This document shows, one piece after another, positions 26,836-40,417 of a stretch of 64,000 bases of DNA. The notes under the pieces were generated by a model. The model ran no database searches, was not told the origin of the DNA, and was given only the letters and a program-made list of their open reading frames with translations. A program made the position numbers and the translations under genes. Every line of letters begins with the position of its first letter. The first letter of the stretch is position 1. The stretch comes from Octopus sinensis (Eukaryota), in assembly GCF_006345805.1 (NCBI RefSeq), contig NC_042998.1, positions 119,040,001-119,104,000 on the forward strand, written 5' to 3'.

Positions 26836-27486
26836 GAAATATTTAAATTACTAAGTCTCTCTAAAAGAGAACAGCGGCAGCGTTCCCGGAAAATAATAGT
26901 TATCGCCATACTAATATGGCATTCTTATAAGAATAAGAATAAAGCTGTCCGCTTATTAGCTCCATGAGGCCATCGCCTTAAGTTAGCTATTTGATACACA
27001 AACTGTATCCATATAACCTTCGAACAAGGGAGGTCAGTCGCTCCACACTACTTGACCGGCAGCTACAGACGCGTTTCGGGGTATTGCCCCTTTTCAATGC
27101 AGCATATTAGTATGGCGATAACTATTATTTTCCGGGAACGCTGCCGCTGTTCTCTTTTAGAGAGACTTAGTAATTTTGATATTTCTATTATTGAAGATAA
27201 GTGGATGTATTCCACCGAAACTAGGTAAATAAAACCATCGAACAGAGATTGTCAGAAGCGACACCTACTGGTCTGGCTACGCTGCATTGAAAAGGGCAAT
27301 ACCCCGAAACGCGTCTGTAGCTGCCGGTCAAGTAGTGTGGAGCGACTGACCTCCCTTGTTCGAAGGTTATATGGATACAGTTTGTGTATCAAATAGCTAA
27401 CTTAAGGCGATGGCCTCATGGAGCTATAAGCGGACAGCTTTATTCTTATTTTTATAAGAATGCCATATTAGTATGGCGATAACTAT

Positions 27487-27487
<1 letters not shown>
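26831..27487. mobile_element. Head-to-head hammerhead-bearing element, unit 2 (tandem copy at 729-bp period)
   Basis: Near-identical to unit 1. Hammerheads at 27062-27103 (minus) and 27281-27321 (plus). Confidence 0.8.
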
Positions 27488-27553
<66 letters not shown>

Positions 27554-28765
27554 GCACACCTAAATATCGTACGCTCAACATTTCCGTCTACCAAATCCAC
27601 AGAGCTTTCGATTGGCTATTGTACAAGACACATGACTAAATATATACACAAGTGCATATATATATATACATATCTAAAAAAATGTACGAAGGTAGAAAGA
27701 AAACAGAGAAATTAAGAGGAAAAAGAGAAAGCAAAAGGAATATTACAAGCGAAGAAAGAAGTGTGAAATGATGATACTTTTTGCTCCGACATTCTACGAT
27801 GTGATCCTAGATCACATCGGGGTCAATGTGCCTTCCAGCCTTCAATAAAGTTCAACACTGGTCGAATAATGGAGTTGACACAATCGATTAATTCCTCACA
27901 CTCCTTATCATTAATTCCATTTCATTAACTCCACATCACCAACTCCTATTAAATTTTTTATCATTATTCATTTATTTAATTATTTCATAACTTTTTTCGA
28001 TGTTAGGTTATTTATTATTTTTAAAAAATTTTATGCATTTTTAAAATTTATTTAGACAATCCGTTTATTATAATTATCCTAATATCCCTCCTCATCCTAC
28101 GTTGCTAGAGCCTCGTACGGTTTTCTATCCCCTCACACAACTTACAAGCTAACTATCTCTCCATGATTCCTCTCTGTATAAAGTCTCTCCTCCAGCTAAT
28201 CAACTTCCCACCTTTATTTCAACTGGTCACACTGCTCCATTCTCTCCTTCCCTGATACAATATAGCCATACAATTCGATGTTTCGCAGGTAACTCTGTTC
28301 AGGTTTTGCTTTTAATTCCTTCTTACTATCTTTTTCTATCTTTTTTCACTCTTTATTCTTTATTCTTCCTTCGCTTATTACTTTCTCTTTTACATTCTTT
28401 CCTTCCTCCTTTGCTCTTTTGCCGTCTTCTTTCTTGCTTTCTCTTCCTTTCTTTTCATCTTTCTTTCTCTTTTCCTTATTTCTGTGAGAGAGAAAAAGAA
28501 TGGAGGATGAAGGTTGATTTTTGTCCTTTCCTTCTTTTTTTTATTTCCCTGCTTATTTAATAATCCCTCCATTTCACATGTTTCTTTTCATATTTCTTCT
28601 TTCTCCCTTTCCTCCTACCTTTCTTTCTTCTTCTCTTTCTTCTTTGTCTCTATCTCACGCACATTCATTAACTCTGAGAGTAAAGGAAACTACAACGCAA
28701 TCTAAGATACTATGTGGCATGATGAATTCACTGTAAGACTATTAAGTATTCCCAAACATGAAAAA

Positions 28766-29042
28766 TGTATTCTGTTGTGTCTGGAGAGAGTCGTTCTCTT
28801 TTAGTGCCTTATAATTTAACACACTCACCGGTAAGATTTCCATTCGTTTACTTACTTATTTTTCTAAAATTTCCGCTGCGTCATGCAACCTTTTCAATAG
28901 TGAACGATTATTGGAAATGTTGCAAGATGCAACGAAAATTTTAGAAAAATAAATAAGTAAATGAGTGGAAACTTTACGGGTTAGTGTGTTAAATTATAAG
29001 GCACTAAAAGAGTATGATTCTCCCCAGACACAAAAGAATATG
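28766..29042. mobile_element. Fold-back MITE with ~135-bp inverted arms
   Basis: TATTCTGTTGTGTCTGG...CTCTTTTAGTGCCTTATAATTTAACACACT... pairs with ...AGTGTGTTAAATTATAAGGCACTAAAAGAG...CCAGACACAAAAGAATA. Loop centred near 28905. Confidence 0.85.
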
Positions 29043-30137
29043 CTTCAACCAACACACGAATTCACATAAAGAATCTTGCAAGCCAAATCCAAAAACGAAA
29101 TGAAAACCCTAGTTATTTAGAAAAGTATATGTATTTAGAAGCATTTAATTCATACTTAAGATATAAGATATATCTTAACTTTGAGTTTCACTAAATGGAC
29201 TATGCGTACTGAGTGATTTTTTTTTATAACTATTCAACCCTATTTGAGTGTTGGCAAAATAAGAAAGATCATGACATACACCGTGTAATTGAATAAGTTT
29301 AATTTTCTTGCTTTGGGCTATATCGGCTGATGTCGCCGAGAGATAGACGCAGGAAGGCTAAAAGTGGTTTTGAAAGCTACGTGGAATGAATATCCTTTGA
29401 CATCTGTTTTTTGATGTTTCGGAAACCTGGTGTACACCTTTTCATTTCACAACCTGTTATTAGCATGAAATCGAAAGGCCCCTAGTAAATTTGAAATTGA
29501 AGTTGCGAAGAGTACATATTGTCCAATAAGCATGAGACCATTACAGAAAAGTGTATTTTGTTGTAGTATAAACTATAATCTTTCCGATCGAAAAAGGTTT
29601 TGATCGGGCGTTTCTAAAATAATACTGCTTCTGCAGAGAATCAACAAAAACAAAAACACTCAATTATATCAATTCATTTAAGTTTCGCCGAAGACATTGA
29701 CATTAATTATTAAATTGCCCAACTATTATTATATGAGCTTTGTATGACAGATGCAACTGTTTGTAGTTCAGCTGACATTGTAGACCATTTAAATAAAAAC
29801 AGCTGATGGCAAGCACATATAAGATATTGGTACATTTTGCCTTCTTTTACTGCAAAATCTTGCAACATCTGCTATAGCTGAATGGATATTTATTCTAGCA
29901 AGGGCATTAAGGCATGTCTTCGGCCAACAATCAATACTCAGAGATTAAGTTCTCTGGCTGTACTTTCGTATAACAAAGAGATGAGAGACAAAAATAATCT
30001 GATTTCAGTTGTGGTAGTTGCTTCTTGACATGAAAACAAGTAACAGAATTTCGGCAAATACCAACTGGTTGTATAATATATTTGAATAATAAAGTTTTAT
30101 GACCAAGACTGTTTTCGCACCTAGCACCTAGCACCTA

Positions 30138-30187
<50 letters not shown>

Positions 30188-30549
30188 GTGTCAAAATTTT
30201 GATCAAGACATACCAAACATCCTATTCGGAGAATAGCAGAGGCTACAGTCGCAGAAAAATCCACTATGTGCATACGTACATACAGGTATGTGCATGTATG
30301 TATGTATGTATGTATTCTTCCCTTGGTTCACTTGTTTCAGTCATTGTTCTGAGGCCAGGCAAGATCACCGCCTTGAAGGATTTACTTGGTCAATTGATCC
30401 CCAGCATTAATTTTAAAAACTGCTATTTATTCTCCCTGTCTCTTTTTATCGAACTGTTAAGCTGTGATCATATAAGCAAATCACCATCAGTTGTCAAGCG
30501 AGCAATGACAAACACGAATACGAGCACGCGTTGGTATACATATGCATAG

Positions 30550-30783
30550 GGCGGCGAACTGGTAGAATCGTTAGCACACCGGGCGAAATGCTTAGCGGTA
30601 TTTTGTCTGCCGCTACGTTCTGAGTTCAAATTCCGCCGAGGTCGACTTTGCCTTTCACCCTTTCGGGGTCGATTAAATAAGTACCAGTTACGCACTGGGG
30701 TCGATGTAATCGCCTTAATCCGTTTGTCTGTCTTTGTTTGTCCCCTCTGTGTGTAACCCCTTATGGGTAGTAAAGAAATAGGT
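30550..30783 (+). mobile_element. SINE (GGCGGCGA.CTGG.AGAA-headed family), well preserved
   Basis: B-box-like GAGTTCAAATTCC and central GGTCGACTTTGCCTTTCA.CCTTTCGGGGTCGAT...AGTACCAG. Related copies at 31470-31580 (-), 36790-37000 (-), 39250-39350 (+), 39361-39562 (-) and 52060-52190 (+). Confidence 0.85.
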
Positions 30784-30854
30784 ATACATACGCGTATAAA
30801 GATACTACACACGCGCACACATATCTGTATGTGTGTGTGTGTGTGTTTGTGTTT

Positions 30855-30901
<47 letters not shown>

Positions 30902-33900
30902 CGCTCGACCATTTCTGCAGTTTCTCATTTTCAAATTGACTAGTATGTAATGAGCCGGCCCGATGCTGTGAACCCGAAACTACTTGGTACTCCATAAACC
31001 ACTCAACCACTCAGCCGTAGCATCATCGAACACGACCACTTCTTAGAAAGATGAATATACCTTGGATGTTTCCATGGAAGCATTCTAAGAGAAAACAACC
31101 ACCAGTTTCAGGTTTGCTTCTGAGTTCCAGATTTAGGCAAGCTTTGTTTAGACCACCTTTTTTCAGTTTGATCCTAATTTACAGGTGAGCATTGCTATTC
31201 ATGGGAAAGATTGCTCATTTATTAGATGTGTTGCCAAATCGTTACATTGTCAGTGTTTGGGGAAAAAGCGATCAGTAACCCAAGCTATCTACGTGAGAGT
31301 TAGCATTTAAATGTTTGCAGCTGGTCTAGCCATGCATTCCATCACCACAGGACATTTTCCCTTTGTGTATTTTCTCAGAAGTTCCTGTGCGTGAAATTGA
31401 TTAGTGAAGCGGGTACTCTCCCTTTTCAGATTCACTAAGTTCTTCACTCATACGCTATCAATCTCAGAAGAATAAAATGCAAAGCTGACTTCTATCAGAT
31501 TTGAACACAGAGCGAAGAGAGCCGAAACAAGTATCGCAAGGCATTGTATCCGACGCTCTAACGGCTATACCACTTTACCATCTTCTGAAACTGTTACAAG
31601 CTATTTCCATTTTTGCAGAAAAACATTGTGGTCAAAGTTAAAATAGTAATTCATAAATTTGAGAAAGTTAAAAACTGAAATATATATTTATTCATATAAT
31701 TTTACAATATAAAATAAAAAGTATATCTATTGATACTGATATTTTTGCGTCCTTATATTATATAAGAAAAATTAATCATATCGCATTAAATCATAATCAT
31801 CCCTGTACAGTAATATAATATTATAAAAATCTAACAATAGAACATTATAATAACAGATTCTGTAAGCAGAGTCGCACTGAGAAATTGCTGCAATATAAGA
31901 AAATTGTAGTATAGGAATTTAATATTTTAACTTACATAAACTCACAATTCTCTCTACAAAATTATTACTAGATACAATGTGTTTAATTCCGATAAGCAAA
32001 GCCTGGTGTTTCACAAGAAATTGAGAAGTATCAGTTATATGTCGGTATCCTTGTTCAAATCGGCAGCGACTTGGTTGTTGTGTTAACCCAGGTTAATCCT
32101 GACTTCGCAGATTTATCATAAAAGGTATTTCATTTGAGATTGTTCCGACTTCCTTTCAAAATATCCTGGACTTCATTATCCAACGTGTCATTTATTACGA
32201 AACAAAAATTAACATTCAAATATATAGAGTATCAGTGAAGTACCGGTGTAGAATGACATTCCTCTCTTAGAATCGGCCACTTTGCACTGTCAGAAGGGTT
32301 ATTCTCTGTGCTTTTTGTTTTGTTTTGCTTTTTGTTTCTTTATTTCTCAAGAATAAATAATATATTTTAGTAACAGTCCAACATCAGACCGATGATTTAA
32401 TGGAAATTTGGTTCCTATTTCTAGCGCGTTGACGTTTTTAATTAGAAGTCCCATGTCATCCTCTGTGGTTGATCAAATTTTCACAAGTTTTATACTTAAC
32501 AGTGCATTTTAAAGTAGTTTTCTCTTGTTTCTACTTAAATTAATAAGCGGAGAAAATGCATTTTGAAGAGCGCTTTAGTTTCTAAAAATATTTCACAAGT
32601 TAAAGCAATTTAAAGTTTTGTTTAAGGTAATTTTACTTCTCTGTTTAACATCGGCAGCTGCTTCTTAAATTGCAAGCTTTCTGAATAGAATGGTTTCTTC
32701 TTTGGCCACGTTTTATTTGTAATAAGTGAATTGCAGATTTTCGGAATATCACGGGTAGCAAAATTACGCCGATTTAGGAGGATATGTCTACCTTCCCTGA
32801 ATCACTTATAAAGCGAAAATTATAAAGGAAGCATCTGTAAGTATTGATTTGTTCATTATACATCTTTTCTGAGTATTCGAAGGGTATCTGTCATTTCAGT
32901 ATTCATAAAATTCATCAGTTCATTGCCCGGTTACCTTATATTTGTAAAACTCCTTAGATAATCAATTCCAGTTTATAGTGAGCATTGATATGTGTGCTTG
33001 TTGCCATATAGAATGGCTTCCTTCATGATTTATATTAATTACAGCGTTATCGTTTCATTGATGGCGAACGGAATTTTAAGATGTGATGTTTCAGTGGGTA
33101 ACTTATCCTATTGTTATTTTAAAGATATATCAAATATCTCCTCTAACCGTCTAACGAGCGAAGTTAAGCTTTATACCACAGATCTCTTAATGTCTTAAGG
33201 AATTAGATAATTTTCCTTTGCACATTTTCTACAAGATATGAATTTAAGACACCAAATGAAGCTATTATATACGCAACAAATGTCACCAGACTGCTGAAGA
33301 ATTCTAGAAAATTGTTTCCTTCTGTAGATTATTATTATTCAAGGAATTTTTTTTTTTTTTGTTTATTACTCAAACGTGGAAGAAACGGTAAAGTGTGACT
33401 GTCTGTTTTGTAGTATTTATATAAGGAAAAGAAGGATACAATGTTTGACTAAATGTACTGTAGTATTATTTGCATGTGGCAGAGACGGGTAGAGTTTGCG
33501 GAAAATATGTTTTAGAATTTAGACGTGGCAGAAACAGAAGGATATCTGACTAAATGAGATGTACTATTAGATACTTCTCTGTACTTTCTGATTTTTAATC
33601 AGTGTTTGCTTTAGAAGTCTTTCCAGGTTAGAGAATAACTACCAATCATGTATTATCGCCGCTTCAATCGACAATACACTTTCTATATTTTACGTCTATT
33701 TTCGATGTCGTGGGAAATGTGTTTTCTTGAAAGCACAAATTAAATAATATCATTTAGATAACGGAGTTTCTGTAAGAATTATTATTATTAAATTTCAGAT
33801 GGATGGCACTATTACTAATCAATTCTGTTTATTTTTGAAACGAAAAGTCCTTTTGATATTATATTTTACACGCTTCTCATTTGGTTTTCGTGTTATCTCT

Positions 33901-34344
33901 ATGAAACAGATGACTCTATTTACCAATTATTTATATTTTATCAGTTACAATTTATTTATGTTGTAATATTTTAAACGTATTACTCTATAAAATGCATATA
34001 TAATTAAATAATTTCTAAAATAATGTTGCAATTGTCATATTTTAACGTTTATGTCTATATTGCAAAACTGGATTATAAAATAAGAAAGATTATCTAGTGT
34101 AAGCGTGACGAACCTGAACGATTGTTGAACTAACAATGCATATTACAATGTGTATACTAACATTACCACGAATCTTAGATAGGAACATTTGTCCTTTTAA
34201 AAGATGGTGAAGGGCTACACTTGAAAAACCTGATGGGAATGGCATCACATCTGTGTGAATACTTCAGCTTTAATGTTATATACTTTAATAAATAAATAAC
34301 ACGCAAATTACAGCAACGTAAATCTAAGTTTTTAATCTGAGACT

Positions 34345-34682
34345 GAGACCCCCTTCGGTCACAACACAGACCATGGGATTTCACCTAGAAAGTTACCCTC
34401 CCAGGCACAAGTCCGGGTAAGGTTGTTTATGGAAGACCAGCAGTCGCCCATGTATACAGGCTTCCCCTCTCCACGCCACTAGTGTTATCCAAGAGAAAGG
34501 CAACAGCAAATACAGCTTGGCACCTGTGACGTCGCAACTCATTTCTACTGCTGAGTGAACTAGAGCAACGTGAAATAAAGTGTCTTGCTCAAGAACAGAA
34601 CGCGCAACCCGGTCCGGGAGTCGAGCTCACAACCTCACGGTCGTAAGCTATACGCTCTAACCACTGAGCCATGCGCCTTCAC
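34345..34682 (-). mobile_element. tRNA-derived SINE
   Basis: Minus-strand head GAAGGCGCATGGCTCAGTGGTTAGAGCG...GAGCTCGACTCC, then TTGAGCAAGACACTTT...CACTCAGC.GTAGAAATG. Confidence 0.85.
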
Positions 34683-35499
34683 AAGTTTTTAATATTTGTT
34701 GCATATTTAGAAGTGTTAATCAAAATTATGTTCAATGACATAACATCCGTAAATAAACTACATTTTTTTAAAATTCAGTGGTTGCTTCAAGTTTATCTAT
34801 AAAACTGGAATCTTGTAACATTAACAGAACATCTGTTAACAGTAAATCATTACTACGTTTGTAGCCAAAGTGATCATTCTAAGAAGGAAAGATGTAAAAG
34901 AGCTTATTGCTTTAAGCTTTTAATGTCACATTATTTTGGTCTAAGGCAACTGTATTTGAAACCATTTTTTGTTTGCGACCGTTGTTGGGTTGTTAAGTCT
35001 AATATATATCTTATTTAGCCAACATAACATTACAGACCTTGAATCAGAATAGCTAACACAGTCATATTAATTTCTAGGTACAAATAATAAGCTATTATAG
35101 AAAATCGTAGAAGAGATCTATCAGGGGATTTTAACAAATACGAAGGTATCATCCGTTCACATAAACAAACTGTAGTTAGTATAAAAGAATTCTGCTCAAC
35201 ATTGCTGATAAAGTGGAAAAATTAATCCTGTTCTCATATGATATATACAACATACTTACATGACTTTTCAGTACTCTGATTTTTGTTTATTTATTGTTTC
35301 GTATTGATCTGCCTGTTCTAACAGACTTGTGTTAGAGCTGACATTAGGAATATCCTTATCAGTTGCCGTCAATTTGCAGAAGACAGATATTCAGCTTCTA
35401 ATCTGGTTAGATATAGCAAGTTCAAAACGGCTTGACATGAAGTTTTCAAGGGTACAAATTACTTCATTACAACTGACACAGAAACTTCTTTTGATAATT

Positions 35500-36700
35500 C
35501 TCGTTCCTTTCATCTTGTAAGATATATTTTTAACAGTGGCTCTCTTATCGATTTCAAAGAACAACGCTTAGAGAACAATGCTTTCTACCAGATTCCCACA
35601 AGAAAATTCTGTAGAAGGCTCTGGAATTTTGGTGTAAAATCCCCAATAGTAACATCATGAAATTGAAGGAGAACCTAAACATGCTTCAACAGACGCAAGA
35701 CATATGTCGTGAATTACATCAATCGCAAATTATTTATATCAGTGATAAATTTCTCGAACATTTCCAGTTTATCTTTGTTTACGTCATAGTGTTATGAATA
35801 TGTAACTAGAGTTACGAATATGTAACAGCCATGTCGCTAGAACAGCATCCACAAGATTCAAAGTAAGTTGTGATCATTTCACTTCAAACTATTGGAGAGA
35901 AAGTCGCTTTAGAGGAAATGAATTAGTTGCCGCGGTTTGCCCGAGCTCTGAGTTTGTTTTGATGAAGTATGAATAAATCTGACAATTCTACCAGCATTTT
36001 CAATCACACGCTGTATTCCTTAGACTGATTTGGAGATGTCTTTGGACACAAGAATCGATGTATGTACTGCGACAAAAAGGGGAAGTCGGTTGAGATAATG
36101 TTCATACATTGCACCAGTATTTTAGAATGCAGTCTTTAGCACACTGTATTGCGACACACTTTCCTTGTGGCTGACAATTCTCTCCAGATATTACATTTTA
36201 TCAGATGCATATTGCTTTTCCAACCTCACAGGTACACCATCAAGTGAATTCTCTGTAGCTGATCTAAATAAGTTCGTTTCTTCACAGATCATTGAGTGTT
36301 TTGGCTACTGATGAACTACATTTGTAAAGACTTTAGTATCAAAGCACTCTTCAGAAGTCCAAAATTCTGATCTTTCTCTTCTATATAGAATTATGACCAG
36401 GTTCATCTGCGGAACTTTTCTTTGATGACTTTTGCTCAGTTCAAAAACAAGTTCATTAGCATTATGTACGTGAAATATAATTAACTGGAATTATTAGTTA
36501 TATTAGCAGGCATAAAATCTTTGATTCAACGATGAGTGCTACCAATCTTTCCATTGAAAATGATAACAATATCACACACAATTTTTCTAAACTTGTCGAC
36601 TTCCGATTTTAGAACGAGTTCAGGCCGCTACAACCTTACAAAACGAAACATACAGCAACTTCGTAGCACATTTTTCATTCTGAATGACTGAAAGTTTTCT
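35500..36700 (-). mobile_element. Decayed hAT (Ac/ZBED-like) transposase
   Basis: Minus-strand frame LPLFVAVHTSILVSKDISKSV*GIQRVIENAGRIVRFIHTSSKQ...LK*NDH resembles hAT CxAHxLxLxVxD...RxIVxFF..S...RWNS. VES/LFS near 35585 resembles the C-terminal ERxFS motif. Confidence 0.6.
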
Positions 36701-36789
36701 CAACAACTAATTCTTAGACACCACTTTTTATCCTCCTTTAAGCGAATCCTCAGAGGAAATTACAATTTTCCAAGCAACATTAACATAAT

Positions 36790-37000
36790 GTTGGTTTAAA
36801 ACTTTAGCACAGTGCCAGAACGTTCAGGCGACAATATCAATTCGGTTACATCGATCCCAGTTCTCGGTATGTTTTATCGACTCCGAAATGATGAAAAGCA
36901 AAGTTGAACTCGATGGAATTTGAACTCAGAACGCAATGTGGGATGAAGTGTCACTAAGCATTTTGCCCGACGTGCAAACGGTATTTCCAACTCGTCACCT
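36790..37000 (-). mobile_element. SINE copy (same family as 30550)
   Basis: GATGAAAAGCAAAGTTGAACTCGATGGAATTTGAACTCAGAACG is the reverse complement of the family core. Confidence 0.75.
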
Positions 37001-38684
37001 TAATGATATAATATTATCGTTAATATTTCGACTCCTACCCTTGAAAATAATGTTTCATAATATACTTAAAATTGAAGCCTCGTGTCCATTTTAGCTGAAA
37101 TTTATAGGTTGTCTTCTACAGTATCCATGTGTCATTAAGCAAAATTGTTCTCAACTACACCTAGATGCCATGTTGTTTTCAGGTCCACAAACGAAGGGAA
37201 CGCTAAACGCTTCACATCAAATCTTCCCATGGCCACAGCTTTGCTCCTTGGAATCAATCACAATGAAGAACAAATCTGCTTATCCCTAAATTCGACAGGA
37301 AAATTATACATCAGCCTCCCACCGAAAGAACAGAGATTTTGATGCTACTTTGCGAAAGTCGCATTGACTGGCACAGAATTCATTGCTTCTTAGCAGCCAA
37401 CTATTGCAGAATTTCGTCAACTTACTGAACCACCTTTACATCAATCGCGGCTATGCAAGTGTATACCTTAAGTCTCTTTGATGATGTAACAACGCCGAAA
37501 ATTCAGGATTTTCTTCTCTCGCATTTAGTTTAAGTAGCCGAAAAATGTACGTGGCAAATCCTATAAAAAATGCCAATACTACCAGTAAATAAGGCTACTG
37601 TAGTGAATTGTCCAAATACACTATACTCTTTTACACGTCACATGACTAAGAATGGTCAATTCCTGTGATGTGTAGCTATCTCAAGTGTCTGTTTGAGTTT
37701 TTTATTATCAAGCAAGCTATAAAGACCTCCTCTACGCTCAAACGAAAGGCAAATTGCACGATAAACAGTTGACTGATTTTAGTCATGTGACATATGAAAT
37801 ACAATAGCCAGTTTAAGCAGTTTTCAACTTTTATTCAATAAAATTTCAATGCTTATGAGAATTCAGTGTCAGAAAGTCACACGTTGCAGTCACACATCTC
37901 AAGAAGCCAATGCAACAGTTCATGCTAGCAGGGTCTGTTTAACATTCAAACGGTTCGTTTCCTCTACACTGCTCAATATATAAATATTACAAGACTCACA
38001 CGTTTAATATTTTACGCTGAAACCTTATAGATTTACAAATGCTCAGTTAGCAACTAATTTTGCTAGTTACGACAAAAAAGAGATTTTGATTCAATCAGCA
38101 TAAATTATTACAAACTACTCTTACGTTTTTGACAAAGAGACAGCTTTCACGCAATTGTTGGGTTTAGATACGCTATGCCCAAAACAAAAGATATGATAAT
38201 TATTATTTTTGGCAGCCATTTTATAAATCTCCTTCATCGAGGTTGGTATGATGGGGTGGGTTAAGCAATAACTATTAAATGTCCCAAAATTAAACGGCAA
38301 CTTCATACAAATATTAATGCGAAACGAAGGACTAAATCAGTTTCAAAATAACGACAATGTTTATTACGGTTATTTAAACATTATGTTAAAGAAGTTAATT
38401 ATAACTGGTCGAAATGACAACAAAGATAAAGAGAAGGCAATAATTATATGCAAACGAGTGAACAGTGTTGGAGGGTGAATCGATGCCCAAGCTGAAAGAG
38501 CGATTAAAATTACTATCAATTATATCAAATGGCGTTGTCATAAGCGATTAAAAACAATGTTTAACATGTGCTTAATGCAAGTATTACAGCATATCGTTTA
38601 TAAATATTTTCAGTTATTTTAGATATTGGCTGTATTTTCAAAAATTGCACACTATTGTTCTTCCTTCTCATAGAGCCATTTCTT

Positions 38685-39016
38685 TTCTTCTTTTCTTTTA
38701 CTCATTGGATTGCGACCATGCTGGAACACTACTTTGAAAGGGGTTTTGCTGATCAAATTGGCTCCAATAGTTATGTCTAGTATTACTTTATTGGATTCTT
38801 TTGCTGGCCCATTAAGTTACGGGGTTGTGAAAACAACAATAACATATACATACGAAGAGGTCCCACGCAATTTTTGCTGACAAAATTCACTCATAAATCA
38901 TTGATCAGCCCTGATATTTGTTAGAAGACACATGCCCAAGGTACCGTTAATTGGGACCGAAACCAAAACCATGTGATTGTAAAGTGCAATTCTTAACCAC
39001 AAAGCCATGTCTGCGC
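38685..39016 (-). mobile_element. SINE copy (same family as 42890)
   Basis: AGAAGACACATGCCCAAGGTACC...GGGACCGAAACCAAAACCATGTG...TTCTTAACCACAAAGCCATGTCTGCGC. Partial relatives at 17040-17300, 27560-27630 and 30320-30530. Confidence 0.75.
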
Positions 39017-39360
39017 TATTTATTTATGAAGTCAAATTAAGTATATGCGAATGTGTTAACGGTAGGATCTAAGGAACTTAGTAATGATCTGCGTTGGCAA
39101 TTAGAGATTATAAACACTTCAGAAGTATAATAAATTGGCTGATTCTATGTAGTAGCTAAAGTCGTGCACTTTGAACTGTATTCTTCATTAGTTCCTAACA
39201 GCTGTTAGCAAAATACACTTACGTTATATCCAACATCATGATTGGAGCCATTAAGGTGTTGGAGTAGCAAACATAATATTTTGCGGCGTTGAGTAATTTT
39301 ACGTTTTGAGTTCAAATCCCCCTGAAGTCAACTTAGGTTTTCTTCAGCTGGGACCGATAT

Positions 39361-39562
39361 TCTTTTCTACTCTAAGTACAAGGCCTGACATTTTGGGAGA
39401 TGAGGCCAATCGATTAGATCGACTCCAGAACGCAACCTATCGACCCCGAAAGGTTGGAAGGCAAAGTTGACCTTCGCAGAAATTGAAGTCAGAACGTAAA
39501 GACAGACGAAATACCGCTAAGCATTTCGCCCGACGCGCTAATTTTTCTGCCAGCCCGCCGCC
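39361..39562 (-). mobile_element. SINE copy (same family as 30550)
   Basis: ATCGACCCCGAAAGGTTGGAAGGCAAAGTTGACC...CTGCCAGCCCGCCGCC. Confidence 0.85.
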
Positions 39563-40376
39563 TTTAATAAAGTAATATTCAACAATAACATATCCATTTA
39601 ATCTTCGAAATGCCTCCCTAAAATTTAAGCCCTGTTGTGTATAATGCAAATTACTATTGTCCTTAATAATATTACTATTATCTATCAGCATCTTTCCAAG
39701 ATTTTTATGTGAGTTTCTACTGTTCGTCTGTGTTACTGAGATTTGCTATATGGATTCTATTCTAAGCCCATGCGGGGCATTGTGTCCTTGAGCATCAGCC
39801 GGAAATATGTACCATCCCAGTATTAGTGCAGCCTTCTCTGGTTCTGACACAATGGATGTTCTACAGGATCCATTATAGGAAGTTTAGGGGATGTTTGTAT
39901 CTTCTCAATACTACTAAGTCGTCATAAAAATGTATTTTCAAAAGCAGGATACATGCTACCAGGCCATACTCACAAGGGAATATGCCCTGTCTCTTCAATT
40001 TCCATAGGATCATATAAGCGTCCATTTGGTTTCAAAAATTTCGATACATATGTATCATTAATACTTAATACTTAAAATTTCGATACATATGTATCATTAA
40101 TACTGAAAATATCGTTAGTAACACGTAAAAGTACTGATAATATGCACTAAATAGTACAAAATTTATTGTTGCTGCTAAATACGTTATCACTGAATGCTAG
40201 TACAGCTAATAAATATTGAATGGAGTAAAGGTAAATCTCTTATGATAAAAGGCATCTGTAGATAACAAAATTTACGAGAAGAATAAATTTTTAATATCTC
40301 CATGTAAAGAAAAGAACCTTTCGGATTGATATAAAATAAAAATACACACAAAAAAAATACACTCACGTATATGCAA

Positions 40377-40417
<41 letters not shown>

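Noticed and set aside
32737-32836. AG...GTAAGT-bounded 100-bp exon candidate
   Set aside because: Stops in all three frames; cannot be supported without RNA data.
40035-40104. Duplicated 31-mer containing palindrome GATACATATGTATC (similar small duplication at 9838-9895)
   Set aside because: Consistent with ordinary local slippage duplication in AT-rich DNA.
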